From: Pseudomonadota bacterium
Lineage (GTDB): Bacteria > Campylobacterota > Campylobacteria > Campylobacterales > Sulfurimonadaceae
DNA length: 64,000 nucleotides
Assembly (NCBI GenBank): GCA_043797085.1
Contig: JAZDQA010000014.1
Coordinates: forward strand, 96,001 to 160,000
Reading direction: 5' to 3'
Shown piece after piece: positions 32,846 through 42,041 of this stretch; position 1 is the first letter of the stretch, and each line of letters opens with the position of its first letter. Both the position numbers and the translations under genes were made by a program. The notes under the pieces were generated by a model. The model did no database searches. It worked only from the letters and a program-made list of their open reading frames with translations, and had not been told where the DNA came from.

Positions 32846-33676
32846 TTATTCCTTTTTGGTGAGTACGAGTGTTACCCATTCGTTTTCAACGATTCGTTCA
32901 CTAAGTTCGTATGTTTTGTATGCGCGCAGAACTTTATCTTCATATTTATCCATTATCCCTGAAAGAATTAACACTCCTCCATTGCGTAACCGTTTTTTCA
33001 GGTCACTGGCAATAAAGACAAGCACATCAGCAACAATATTAGCAACAATGATATCGTACACTTCATCCGTCTCTTGAACGGGCCCTTCCCAAAGTCTTCG
33101 ATACGATACCTTATTTTGTTCGGCATTAACAATAGCATTTTCAACAGAAAGAGGATCTGTATCGCACGCATCAACAATAGCCCCTTTGCGCAGCGCTGCC
33201 ATCGCTAAAATTCCGCTGCCACATCCTACATCCATAAGAGTATCACCCTCATTTACGTAACTTGAAATAGCCCGTAAGCACGATGCCGTTGTGGGATGAT
33301 GCCCTGTTCCAAAAGCTAATGCTGGATCAATTACGATATTCAACATCCCCTCTTTTGGTGCTTCCCATGTTGGATGAATGTAAAATGGAGCTATTTCTAT
33401 TGGAGTAATTCCCTGCTGATATTGAGCAATCCAGTCATTATTTTTTTCTTTAGTAAGAATGAGTTCTAAATCAATCACTTCGCCCAGTGCACTTTGTAGT
33501 GCTTCGGCAAACTGCTCAATGCCCCAACTCACCGTCTCTAAGTTTTCTTCACTTCGGACAATGAATCCCTCATCAATTTCTTCGAAACCAACCGGTATCA
33601 CATCCACTAAAAAATCACCGAATAGTTCAATATGAGCTGATGGTTTAACCACCAGCATGTAATAATAATCTTGCAT
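32846..33676 (-). CDS. prmA: Ribosomal protein L11 methyltransferase
   Basis: DPALAFGTGHHPTT, DVGCGSGILA, VANI, LILSGI. Confidence 0.95.
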   Translation of the reverse strand: MQDYYYMLVVKPSAHIELFGDFLVDVIPVGFEEIDEGFIVRSEENLETVSWGIEQFAEALQSALGEVIDLELILTKEKNNDWIAQYQQGITPIEIAPFYIHPTWEAPKEGMLNIVIDPALAFGTGHHPTTASCLRAISSYVNEGDTLMDVGCGSGILAMAALRKGAIVDACDTDPLSVENAIVNAEQNKVSYRRLWEGPVQETDEVYDIIVANIVADVLVFIASDLKKRLRNGGVLILSGIMDKYEDKVLRAYKTYELSERIVENEWVTLVLTKKE

Positions 33677-34050
33677 TATACCTCAGTGCCGAGAACTGCT
33701 GAAAGTTTTTCTTTGAGAACTTGAGGAGTAAAAGGCTTAACAATGTAGTTGTTGACCCCTGCTTTGAGGGCAGTAATTACTTCTGCTTTTCCCCCTTCAG
33801 TTGTGACCATAATAATGGGAAGATCAGAAAAACGAGCATCTGAACGCACCTTTTTAACCAATTCCAACCCATTCATTTCTGGCATATTCCAATCCGTGAT
33901 CAACATTCCGATATCAGAATTTTCGTTTAAAGCCGCCCATCCTTGAAGTCCGTCCTCTCCTTCGAGCACCTCATCATATCCAAGACGTGAAAGAGTATTT
34001 TTAATAATGCGACGCATTGTTGAGCTGTCATCTACAACTAATAATTTCAA
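33676..34050 (-). CDS. cheY: Chemotaxis response regulator CheY
   Basis: VVDDSSTMRRI, TDWNMP, VTTE, YIVKPF; cheY-prmA-ftsH synteny. Confidence 0.93.
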   Translation of the reverse strand: MKLLVVDDSSTMRRIIKNTLSRLGYDEVLEGEDGLQGWAALNENSDIGMLITDWNMPEMNGLELVKKVRSDARFSDLPIIMVTTEGGKAEVITALKAGVNNYIVKPFTPQVLKEKLSAVLGTEV

Positions 34051-34124
34051 AGCGTTTCCTTTGTAATCTAGATAATTTTAAAGAATAATTGTCCAATAAT
34101 AGCTAAATGAACTTTGTGTGAAGT

Positions 34125-34823
34125 TTAAAAAAAACGTTTTAGTTCAATTCTACCCTCATAAAATGCTTTTCCGACAATAACACCTTCAATTTCACCCGTT
34201 AAGAGTAACGTTTCAATGTCTGAGTCATCTTTCACTCCACCGCTGGCAATGGTTGGTATTCCCGAAGCTCTTGCGATTTCAAGGGTAAACTCGACATTCA
34301 CACCGCTAAGGGTTCCATCACGTCCCACATCGGTACAAATAATCGCTTCCACACCTGCATCCGCAAACAATCGAGCCAAATCAGTTGCCCGCATTTCACT
34401 CACTTCACCCCAACCCTCAACGGCTACAAATCCATCAATGGCATCAATACCGACCACGATAGGATATTTTGCCGCCATTGCTTTTACGAATTCAGGGTCA
34501 CGAAGCGCAATGGAGCCTAAAATCAAACGATCAATACCGAGTTCTAAATAACGTATGATGGTCGCCTCATCACGAATCCCGCCTCCAAGCTGTAGCTTGA
34601 CATTACAATTTTCACGAATAGCGCGAATTTGCTCCAAATTTTTGGGCTCACCTGCGAAAGCACCGTTTAGATCCACCAAATGAACCCATTGCGCACCCAT
34701 CTCTTCAAACGTTTTTACCAATTCCCATGGGGTATCGGAGTAGATTTTTGCACTCTCCATAAGCCCTTTGGTGAGACGAACGGCTTTGCCGTCTTTTAAA
34801 TCGATTGCTGGGAAAATAGTCAT
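34125..34823 (-). CDS. hisA: ProFAR isomerase
   Basis: [38 protein letters not shown]. Confidence 0.95.
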   Translation of the reverse strand: MTIFPAIDLKDGKAVRLTKGLMESAKIYSDTPWELVKTFEEMGAQWVHLVDLNGAFAGEPKNLEQIRAIRENCNVKLQLGGGIRDEATIIRYLELGIDRLILGSIALRDPEFVKAMAAKYPIVVGIDAIDGFVAVEGWGEVSEMRATDLARLFADAGVEAIICTDVGRDGTLSGVNVEFTLEIARASGIPTIASGGVKDDSDIETLLLTGEIEGVIVGKAFYEGRIELKRFF

Positions 34824-34871
34824 TGATACACCTTTTTAGATATTTAAATATCCCACATTATGTGGATAACA

Positions 34872-35483
34872 TCACAAATTAATAAAATTTTGTAATATTT
34901 TCAAGCCGTTATGATGGCTTTTTTCCGGATGAGGCTGAATCCCCATCACGTTATCATGCGCAATAGCACTCGTAAAACGGTAGCCATAAACGCTCTCTCC
35001 GATACTATCCGCTTCATTGTCACACATGGCATGATAGGAGTGAACAAAATAGAGATAATGGGCTTCATCCAATCCTTCAAACAACGGATGTTCTTTGGTA
35101 AACATCCTGTTCCATCCGATATGTGGTACTTTTAACGGTGTATGAAAGCGGCTCGTATCAAATGCTACAACCCGACCTTTTATAAGTCCGAGTCCCTCAT
35201 TTATTCCAAATTCTTCGCTCGAATCAAATAATAATTGCATTCCCAAACAAATACCCAATAAATATTTGCCGCTTTGCGCATATTCACGTACAGCTTCATC
35301 CATCCCACGTGCGCTCAAATGCTCCATCGCATCTCCAAATGCCCCAACGCCCGGTAAAATCAGCTTGTCATACCCAGAGAGTTTATGTGGATCCGATTCA
35401 ACCACCACTTTTTCACCGAGAAGATCAAATGCATTTTTAACACTGGCGAGATTGCCCATGTTGTAATCCACAATCGCTATCAT
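34872..35483 (-). CDS. hisH: Imidazole glycerol phosphate synthase glutaminase subunit
   Basis: DYNMGNL, LPGVGAF, GICLGMQ, VPHIGWN, YFVHSY, QPHPEKS. Confidence 0.95.
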   Translation of the reverse strand: MIAIVDYNMGNLASVKNAFDLLGEKVVVESDPHKLSGYDKLILPGVGAFGDAMEHLSARGMDEAVREYAQSGKYLLGICLGMQLLFDSSEEFGINEGLGLIKGRVVAFDTSRFHTPLKVPHIGWNRMFTKEHPLFEGLDEAHYLYFVHSYHAMCDNEADSIGESVYGYRFTSAIAHDNVMGIQPHPEKSHHNGLKILQNFINL

Positions 35484-36388
35484 TGATAATCCTTTTCGTG
35501 GGTAAGACGAATATAGACAGCCAATCCTATCAACAACGCTGACACCCCTCCAATAATATAAATAGCATTAATCAACATGGCAGGTTCGGTCATTGCAAAT
35601 TTGAATACAAGCATTAACGCTTCGATAGAGAGGGCAATGATGATGGAGCCTAAAAATCGAACCATGGTTTTATGAATATTCGAAGCAGGATCTTTTTTCG
35701 ACCGCCCTAAAACTTCTTCTTCGAAAAGCGTTTTCACCAAATCAAACGTTGCAAGAGAGAGAGTTAATAAAATTGTCGATTCAAAAATATCTTTAATCTC
35801 AATTTTTCCATAATGACCAAAACCGTACATTAAAAACCCTTCGATCCCTTTGACAAAAAGGAGTAAGGCAACAAACGCCAATGCAACCGAAAAAATAGTG
35901 TATATAGTACGAAAAAATTTACCCGCATGACTCTCCAAAGCCAAAGGATGGGCGATTCGAAGAACTTCGGTTAAAGGTACATCCAAACATGCCACAAAAA
36001 TAATTTCCCCATGCTCATCAAAGATAGGCTCTGAGGCGGTAACGGTTAATTCATCATTGAGCAACGAGGGATAAGGATCGGTAATCGTACAACGACGCTC
36101 GTGCATTGCACGGTAATAATAGGCTCGCGTAGAGCGATTTTTACCCGCATCTTCCTCTTTTTTCCCCTCTTTAAGATACGTAGGACCAACTTGATTTCCA
36201 GCAGCATCCAGCAAATAAACCGCTTCTGCCCCCTGCAAATCCCCTTTTATTTTACGAAGACGCGCAGTAATGGCTTCAGCCGTTGCTGAGGGGAGATGAT
36301 TTGGAAGGTTTTTTTGAAAAAGATAGCAAAAATATGCTCGTGCTTTTGGGCGAATTTCAGAAAATTGCTGTATGTCTTGAATAACCAT
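35480..36388 (-). CDS. PDC/Cache sensor domain protein with C-terminal four-TM (PsiE-like) region
   Basis: NRSTRAYY, ITDPYPS, TVTAS, CLDV Cache motifs followed by four hydrophobic helices. Confidence 0.7.
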   Translation of the reverse strand: MVIQDIQQFSEIRPKARAYFCYLFQKNLPNHLPSATAEAITARLRKIKGDLQGAEAVYLLDAAGNQVGPTYLKEGKKEEDAGKNRSTRAYYYRAMHERRCTITDPYPSLLNDELTVTASEPIFDEHGEIIFVACLDVPLTEVLRIAHPLALESHAGKFFRTIYTIFSVALAFVALLLFVKGIEGFLMYGFGHYGKIEIKDIFESTILLTLSLATFDLVKTLFEEEVLGRSKKDPASNIHKTMVRFLGSIIIALSIEALMLVFKFAMTEPAMLINAIYIIGGVSALLIGLAVYIRLTHEKDYQ

Positions 36389-36453
36389 TTTTGCTCTCCA
36401 ACCCTCATTAATAATTAGGCGGATTATAGCTTAGTTGCGCTATAGTTATCCTT

Positions 36454-37434
36454 ATGAAAAGTCCTAATATCCGTATCGCAATCGTCCGTCTCAGTGCGCT
36501 CGGTGACATTGTCAACACTGCTGTTGTGCTGAAAATTATCCACAGTTATTACCCTGATGCCTTGATTGATTGGTTCGTGGAAGAGGCGTTTGCCCCGATA
36601 CTCCTAAATCATCCGCTGATTCATGAAGTGATTCCCGTCCCGCTCAAACGTCTCAAAAAAAACAAAAGTTTTAGCCTCTTAAAAGAGATGATTCACACCC
36701 TCAAATCCCGTGAACGCTATGACCATATTATCGATGCACAAGGGCTTCTTAAATCGGCGATTGTTGCCTCTTTTCTTCCCGGTAACGTGCATGGGTTTGA
36801 TAAGCAAAGTGCCCGTGAATCAATCGCCTCGTGGTTTTATGCCACTGCTTCATCCATCCCCTACGAAATCAGTGTAATACGGCGTAATGTGATGGTGATA
36901 ACCGAAGCGTTAAATATCCCCTACTCCGACGTGCTGATAGAGCAAAAAACTCCGGTATTTGATACTCCCGCAGCCTCTCATGAAAAGAAAATCGCCCTTG
37001 TCATCGGTGCATCGTGGCAAAGTAAATGTTATCCCAAAGAGCACTTTGCCCTACTGTGTGATTTGCTCCCCTACCCTTGCCATCTTGTTTGGGGAAGTGC
37101 TGGCGAATACGAGGATGCAGTGTGGATACAAGAACATTCCAAGAATGCTATTGTTACGCCCAAAATGTCTTTAAAAGAACTGGTGGATTTTATCGCAAAC
37201 TGCATGCTCACCATCGGAAATGACACCGGACCTACCCATATCGCGTGGGCAATGAACAAAGCATCTATCACCCTCTTTGGTCCGACCAATGAACGGATGA
37301 TTTATCCTACTTCTATCAATATCGGGATAAAATCTCCCTCGAAAGTTGATGTTTTTCATATCAACCGCAATGATTTTTCAATTAGTCAAATCGACCCGCA
37401 TCTCATTGCGACAAAAGCCAAGGAACTTTTATAA
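36454..37434 (+). CDS. waaC: Lipopolysaccharide heptosyltransferase I
   Basis: IVRLSALGDIV, IDWFVEE, DAQGLLKSA, GNDTGPTH, LFGPT. Confidence 0.9.
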   Translation: MKSPNIRIAIVRLSALGDIVNTAVVLKIIHSYYPDALIDWFVEEAFAPILLNHPLIHEVIPVPLKRLKKNKSFSLLKEMIHTLKSRERYDHIIDAQGLLKSAIVASFLPGNVHGFDKQSARESIASWFYATASSIPYEISVIRRNVMVITEALNIPYSDVLIEQKTPVFDTPAASHEKKIALVIGASWQSKCYPKEHFALLCDLLPYPCHLVWGSAGEYEDAVWIQEHSKNAIVTPKMSLKELVDFIANCMLTIGNDTGPTHIAWAMNKASITLFGPTNERMIYPTSINIGIKSPSKVDVFHINRNDFSISQIDPHLIATKAKELL

Positions 37435-38312
37435 TGATGTATCGTCTATTTTTACTTTTGGATTCCTTTTTAATGAAGCTGTCGCACAGTTGGCGCAAAA
37501 AGATATTTACCTCACTCGCATCTCTCGCTCATGTTTTTGCTTTTTCACGAAATCGGATTATTCAAGCCAATTTAGATTTTGCTTTTAAAGATGAGCTCAC
37601 TCTGACTCAAAAAAAAGAAATTGAGCACTATTGTTATCGGAATTTAGCCCTTAATTTTTTACAAGTAATGGAAAACCGACGAAATAATGCCGATGATTTA
37701 CAATCTCAAGTGACTTTTCAAAACCTGACAGTTGTTGAAACCCTTTTGCGTGAAAATCGGGGAATTATTTTTGTCTCTGCCCATTTTGGGAATTGGGAAC
37801 TTGGTGGGGCTGCGCTCTCATCTCTGATCACCCCTGTTTCCTCCATCTATAAAGAGTTTAGCACTTCTGAATTTGATCCCTATTTGCTTCAAGCACGGAC
37901 AAATCATCAAATGCTGCTTGCAGAAAAAAATGGTGCTCTTAAACATATCGCCAAAGCTCTTAAGAGCGGTCGCTCTATTTTGCTTATGATCGATCAAGCC
38001 AGCAATGCACGTGCAGGGGTAAAAGTTGATTTTTTTGGGCATGAGACATACCAATCGTCTACCCCTGCTGCGTTATCCGCAAAATTCAATGCTCCTATCG
38101 TCGGTGTTTATATTGTCTCACTCCATGAACAGCACTATACGATTACGTTTGAAAATCCCATTGAAGTAAAAAGTAATGAGAAAAAAGACATTTTAGACGC
38201 CACACAAGCACAGTCTGATGATCTTGAAAAAGTAATTCGCGCCAATCCAAAGCTCTGGTTTTGGTGCCACAAGCGATGGAAGGGTGAATTTAAAGAGATT
38301 TACGCAGGATAA
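37434..38312 (+). CDS. htrB: Lipid A biosynthesis acyltransferase (LpxL/HtrB family)
   Basis: SAHFGNWE, MIDQ, VDFFG, WFWCHKRWK; follows waaC. Confidence 0.85.
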   Translation: MMYRLFLLLDSFLMKLSHSWRKKIFTSLASLAHVFAFSRNRIIQANLDFAFKDELTLTQKKEIEHYCYRNLALNFLQVMENRRNNADDLQSQVTFQNLTVVETLLRENRGIIFVSAHFGNWELGGAALSSLITPVSSIYKEFSTSEFDPYLLQARTNHQMLLAEKNGALKHIAKALKSGRSILLMIDQASNARAGVKVDFFGHETYQSSTPAALSAKFNAPIVGVYIVSLHEQHYTITFENPIEVKSNEKKDILDATQAQSDDLEKVIRANPKLWFWCHKRWKGEFKEIYAG

Positions 38313-38986
38313 GCCGTTTTTAGTGCTTTGTACAACTCATCGGGCGTCATCTCAGGATTATTTTCCCATGAAAGTTTCATTACGGCGTTGTCTTCCAATC
38401 CGTTCCAAATTTTGATATAACTTCCCTCTTTATATCCATGGTCTTGACGGAATTGATTGAGGATATTTTTACCGACATAGAGACGATACAGTTGTGTCGT
38501 ATTCAATGCACCCAAATACGCCAGATCCAAAAACTCTTCGACTATCGCACCAATCATCTCTGGAGAAATCGGAATCAGGGAAAGACGCATAACGTTTTCG
38601 ATTTTAACCATAAGGAGATCATCTCCGCCAAAAGGAAGCGGTGCTTCGCCGTTTAATTTTTGATATTCCGGTGTATTGTAAATTCTTTGCGCCAACTCTT
38701 CCACTGCTTCCGCACCATTGGCTTTCGTAAATTCCAATACTAAACTCATCACAAAATGCCAGACATCAACAATCTCGATTTGCAAGTTGGCATAATCGGT
38801 CGGTTGGGCAATACTTTTCCAATGTTTCCATCCAAAAGAATCAATCATTTCGGCAGACTCCATCGTAATGCATCGGCGCCAGTTGATTATTTTTCCGTGT
38901 TTCGTTACCCCTTTTTCCCAACCAATTCCATTGGTAGCATCATTGAGTTGTTGCTGAAGTTGTAACATTGAAAGTAATTTAGTCAT
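38300..38986 (-). CDS. dut: Dimeric (all-alpha) dUTP diphosphatase
   Basis: MLQLQQQLN, SFGWKHWK, IEIVDVWHF, KNILNQFRQDHGYKEGSYIK, EDN. Confidence 0.9.
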   Translation of the reverse strand: MTKLLSMLQLQQQLNDATNGIGWEKGVTKHGKIINWRRCITMESAEMIDSFGWKHWKSIAQPTDYANLQIEIVDVWHFVMSLVLEFTKANGAEAVEELAQRIYNTPEYQKLNGEAPLPFGGDDLLMVKIENVMRLSLIPISPEMIGAIVEEFLDLAYLGALNTTQLYRLYVGKNILNQFRQDHGYKEGSYIKIWNGLEDNAVMKLSWENNPEMTPDELYKALKTAYPA

Positions 38987-39028
38987 CTCTATCCTTTAAA
39001 AAGTTTCAAATTATAGGTAAAATTCCCT

Positions 39029-39205
39029 ATGCAAAAAATTATTTGTCAAAAATGTACTTATTATTTCGTCACATGGGAAGCCAATCAGCCTCACGGATGC
39101 AAAGCCTATGGGTTTAAAAGCAAAGCCATCCCCTCACAGGTTGTCCTCAATTCCAGTGGGAAACCCTGCAATTTTTTCGAACCTAAGAATCCCGTTTCCA
39201 AATAA
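39029..39205 (+). CDS. 58-aa four-Cys small protein (not in ORF track)
   Basis: Manual translation MQKIICQKCTYYFVTWEANQPHGCKAYGFKSKAIPSQVVLNSSGKPCNFFEPKNPVSK; TAAAAT 5 nt upstream of ATG. Confidence 0.75.
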   Translation: MQKIICQKCTYYFVTWEANQPHGCKAYGFKSKAIPSQVVLNSSGKPCNFFEPKNPVSK

Positions 39206-39596
39206 GTTTTTTACCAAAGCCCAGGGTATTATCGGTCATTTTTATCTCATCAAGACGAATTTTCCAAAGGGTTGGATTCATCACCCGTGCGTACGGAAAA
39301 GCCTCATAATAGAACTCTTTCCCCTCATCGCAAAGCATCATCTCACCCCGAAATTGTATCCCTTGAATCTTTCCAATTATCTTGGTCTCTAGTGCCACCG
39401 TCCCAGCAACCGTATGATTTTTTAAAACGTTACTACCATGTAGAGTTTGAGATTCCGTCGCGACGATAAAAGCGATTTCTTCTGAATTATACGCATAAAA
39501 AAGGGAACAGCACCACAGTTCATCCGCATAAGTTGCCAATGAAAGGAGATGGTGGTTGGTGATAAAAGCCTCAATTTTTAAATTCATTTTTTCCAT
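39183..39596 (-). CDS. YhbP-like pyridoxamine 5'-phosphate oxidase-fold (split-barrel) protein
   Basis: HHLLSLAT, WCCSLFY, TLHG, VAGTV, IQGIQFRG, KMTDNTLGFGKK; start trimmed to MEKM. Confidence 0.8.
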   Translation of the reverse strand: MEKMNLKIEAFITNHHLLSLATYADELWCCSLFYAYNSEEIAFIVATESQTLHGSNVLKNHTVAGTVALETKIIGKIQGIQFRGEMMLCDEGKEFYYEAFPYARVMNPTLWKIRLDEIKMTDNTLGFGKKLIWKRDS

Positions 39597-39601
39597 CTTA
39601 T

Positions 39602-40873
39602 TTATCCTACAACATAAGCAATAAAAAAAGTCAAAATTGATAACAATCCCAACGCTGAAAAACTTATCCATCCAACACGATGCGATCCTAAAATGACAGC
39701 GATAAGCCCTTTTAACACATTATTACCTCCCACTGCTATCAAAACCGCAGAGATAATTGCATTTTGACTGATGGAGAAATCTGTGTTAATCAGAGAGAGT
39801 ATAAAAGGATCAATATCGGTAAATCCACTGATTAATGCCATAATATTAAGCCCTGAAATCCCATAATGCGATACAAAATACTGGGTTGCCACACTCATAA
39901 AGACAAATAAAAGGGCAAATACTAATGCCACCCCAAGTTCCAACGGATTAACGTTAAGCTGTTTTGCATGACCATCTTTTAGTATTCCATCGCTTGTAAT
40001 CCGAGAAAGAATATACCCTGCAATCAAAGCGATACCTCCAAGTGTCCCCAAAGGTATCATAATCACCTGAAAAAGGGTGAAGTTCAAAAATCCGATAATC
40101 ACTAAAAGCCTAATATGCATCATTCCTGTTGCCAAGATAATAGCCGATACAAACGTATACTCGTGCGCTTCTATTGTTTTTGATTGACGCGATAACACAA
40201 CCGTAGTTGCCGTAGATGAATAAATTCCTCCTAAAATACCGCTGACCAAAAATCCTTTTTCTTTAAAAAAGTAGCGTTGTAAAAGATAGCCTACATAAGA
40301 AATTCCAGAAACTACGACAACTGCCATCCATATTTTACTAAAAGACATCGGAATGATGGAAGAAATCGGAGTTGTCGGTAACAGCGGCCAGATCACGACA
40401 CTGAGCAATACCAGTTTTGAAAACGTAATAATCTCTCTATTATCTACACTCTCTAACAGTATTTGAACTTGCGTTTTGGCATTGACGACAAAGACAATAG
40501 AGACAAAAATAAGTGCCGTAAACCACAACGGCTGCGTCATAATAATCGGGGCATAAGTATAAACTAACAATGCCGATAAAAGACTGATAATACCTTTTTG
40601 CTCCTCATGAAGTTTACGGTAATAAAAAAGACCAAACAATAATGCCAAAATACCAAGTCCAGCCATATAAAGTCGCCAAGAAGGGTCAAGAATATACAGA
40701 ATATAGCCCAGCATTCCGATCAGCATATACGTGCGTACTGTCCCGATAAAATAAGCATTATCAAGTGTTTTTTTATACTCTCGCATCTCTAAACCCGTCA
40801 AAAAACTAAGCAGCATTGTTAGAATAAAGCGAAAATAGTCCATCTCATAGAGACTTAAAATCGTATCAATCAT
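39602..40873 (-). CDS. MgtC/SapB-DUF4010 family membrane protein
   Basis: GLEMRE, GTVRT, WPLLP, ISYVGY, GGIYSSTATT, SGFTDID; many TM segments. Confidence 0.85.
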   Translation of the reverse strand: MIDTILSLYEMDYFRFILTMLLSFLTGLEMREYKKTLDNAYFIGTVRTYMLIGMLGYILYILDPSWRLYMAGLGILALLFGLFYYRKLHEEQKGIISLLSALLVYTYAPIIMTQPLWFTALIFVSIVFVVNAKTQVQILLESVDNREIITFSKLVLLSVVIWPLLPTTPISSIIPMSFSKIWMAVVVVSGISYVGYLLQRYFFKEKGFLVSGILGGIYSSTATTVVLSRQSKTIEAHEYTFVSAIILATGMMHIRLLVIIGFLNFTLFQVIMIPLGTLGGIALIAGYILSRITSDGILKDGHAKQLNVNPLELGVALVFALLFVFMSVATQYFVSHYGISGLNIMALISGFTDIDPFILSLINTDFSISQNAIISAVLIAVGGNNVLKGLIAVILGSHRVGWISFSALGLLSILTFFIAYVVG

Positions 40874-42041
40874 ATTCTCTCTCTTTCAGCGCATTGCTTA
40901 TTTTTCCCAAAGCATTCTCCAAAATATCCGATGCAACGGCGAAATTAAGCCTCATAAAACCTGATCCTTCACGACCGAAACTTAACCCTGCACTCAATCC
41001 AAGAGCGCACTTCTGGATAAAAAACTCTCGTAATTCACGATCTCCCAATCCTAAAGCACGACAATCCAGCCATGCGAGATACGTACCTTGCGGAGAGAAT
41101 AGTTTAATCGCAGGCGAATGATCCGCCCACTCTATCATTTTTTCTCGATTGCTTTGCAAATGCGAAATAAGCTCTTTATGCCACACATCCCCATGAGTGT
41201 AGGCAGCTTCAAACGCTACGTGCGATAACACGGCTCCATCCCCGAAATGGACTCTCTTACGCTCTTCATTATAAAGCTCACGCAATTTTTCCGAAGCGAT
41301 GCAAACACTCGAAATCCCAAATCCTGCCATATTAAACGTTTTACCTGTCCCTAAAAGGGTCACAGTACCTTCGCGTAATTCATCACTCAGTGACGCAATC
41401 GGAATATGTTTATTTCCCTCAAATACAATATCACAATGAACCTCATCACTTACGATAATAATACCATGATCAAGACATAAAGCCCCCAACGCTAACAATT
41501 CATCCTTTCTCCACACACGACCTACGGGATTATGAGGAGAACACAGCATCAGTATTTTGGTTTTTTCCGTAATTTGGGTTCGTAATATTTCAATATCAAA
41601 AAAATACTCACCCTTTTCATCTCTTTGGAGAGAGTGCAAAATAAGATGACGATTATTCTCTTTAACCATCGAAAAAAAGGGGGGATAAACAGGACTCATC
41701 ACAAGGACTTCATCCCCCTCCTCGCTAAATGCTCGTATAGCACACCCCATCGAGGCTACCACCGAGGGGGAATAACTCAACCATTCACGCTTAATATCCC
41801 ATCCATGATGATGCTTCATCCAACTACATTGCGCCTCATACGCCTCATCACGAATGATTTCATACCCTATTATAGGATGATTTAATCGCTCTTTTACCGC
41901 ATCTAAGACACAATTAGGAGTTGCAATATCCATATCCGCCACCCACATCGGCTGAACATTATCGGTGCCGAAAAGCTTTTGTCGCAACGTATACTTTTCA
42001 GCATTGGATTCACTTCGATCAATAAAATATAACTCATCCAT
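40866..42041 (-). CDS. PLP-dependent C-S lyase (MalY/PatB family), candidate OvoB-equivalent
   Basis: PMWVADMD, CSPHNPVGRVW, SDEVHCD, GKTFNMAG, GTYLAWLD, RLNFA; overlaps ovoA stop. Confidence 0.85.
   Translation of the reverse strand: MDELYFIDRSESNAEKYTLRQKLFGTDNVQPMWVADMDIATPNCVLDAVKERLNHPIIGYEIIRDEAYEAQCSWMKHHHGWDIKREWLSYSPSVVASMGCAIRAFSEEGDEVLVMSPVYPPFFSMVKENNRHLILHSLQRDEKGEYFFDIEILRTQITEKTKILMLCSPHNPVGRVWRKDELLALGALCLDHGIIIVSDEVHCDIVFEGNKHIPIASLSDELREGTVTLLGTGKTFNMAGFGISSVCIASEKLRELYNEERKRVHFGDGAVLSHVAFEAAYTHGDVWHKELISHLQSNREKMIEWADHSPAIKLFSPQGTYLAWLDCRALGLGDRELREFFIQKCALGLSAGLSFGREGSGFMRLNFAVASDILENALGKISNALKEREYD

Noticed and set aside
34853..34869. Perfect DnaA box (TGTGGATAA, 34861-34869) overlapping a short palindrome between hisH and hisA
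   Set aside because: Single box with no cluster and no dnaA nearby; insufficient for oriC and may be chance or a hairpin
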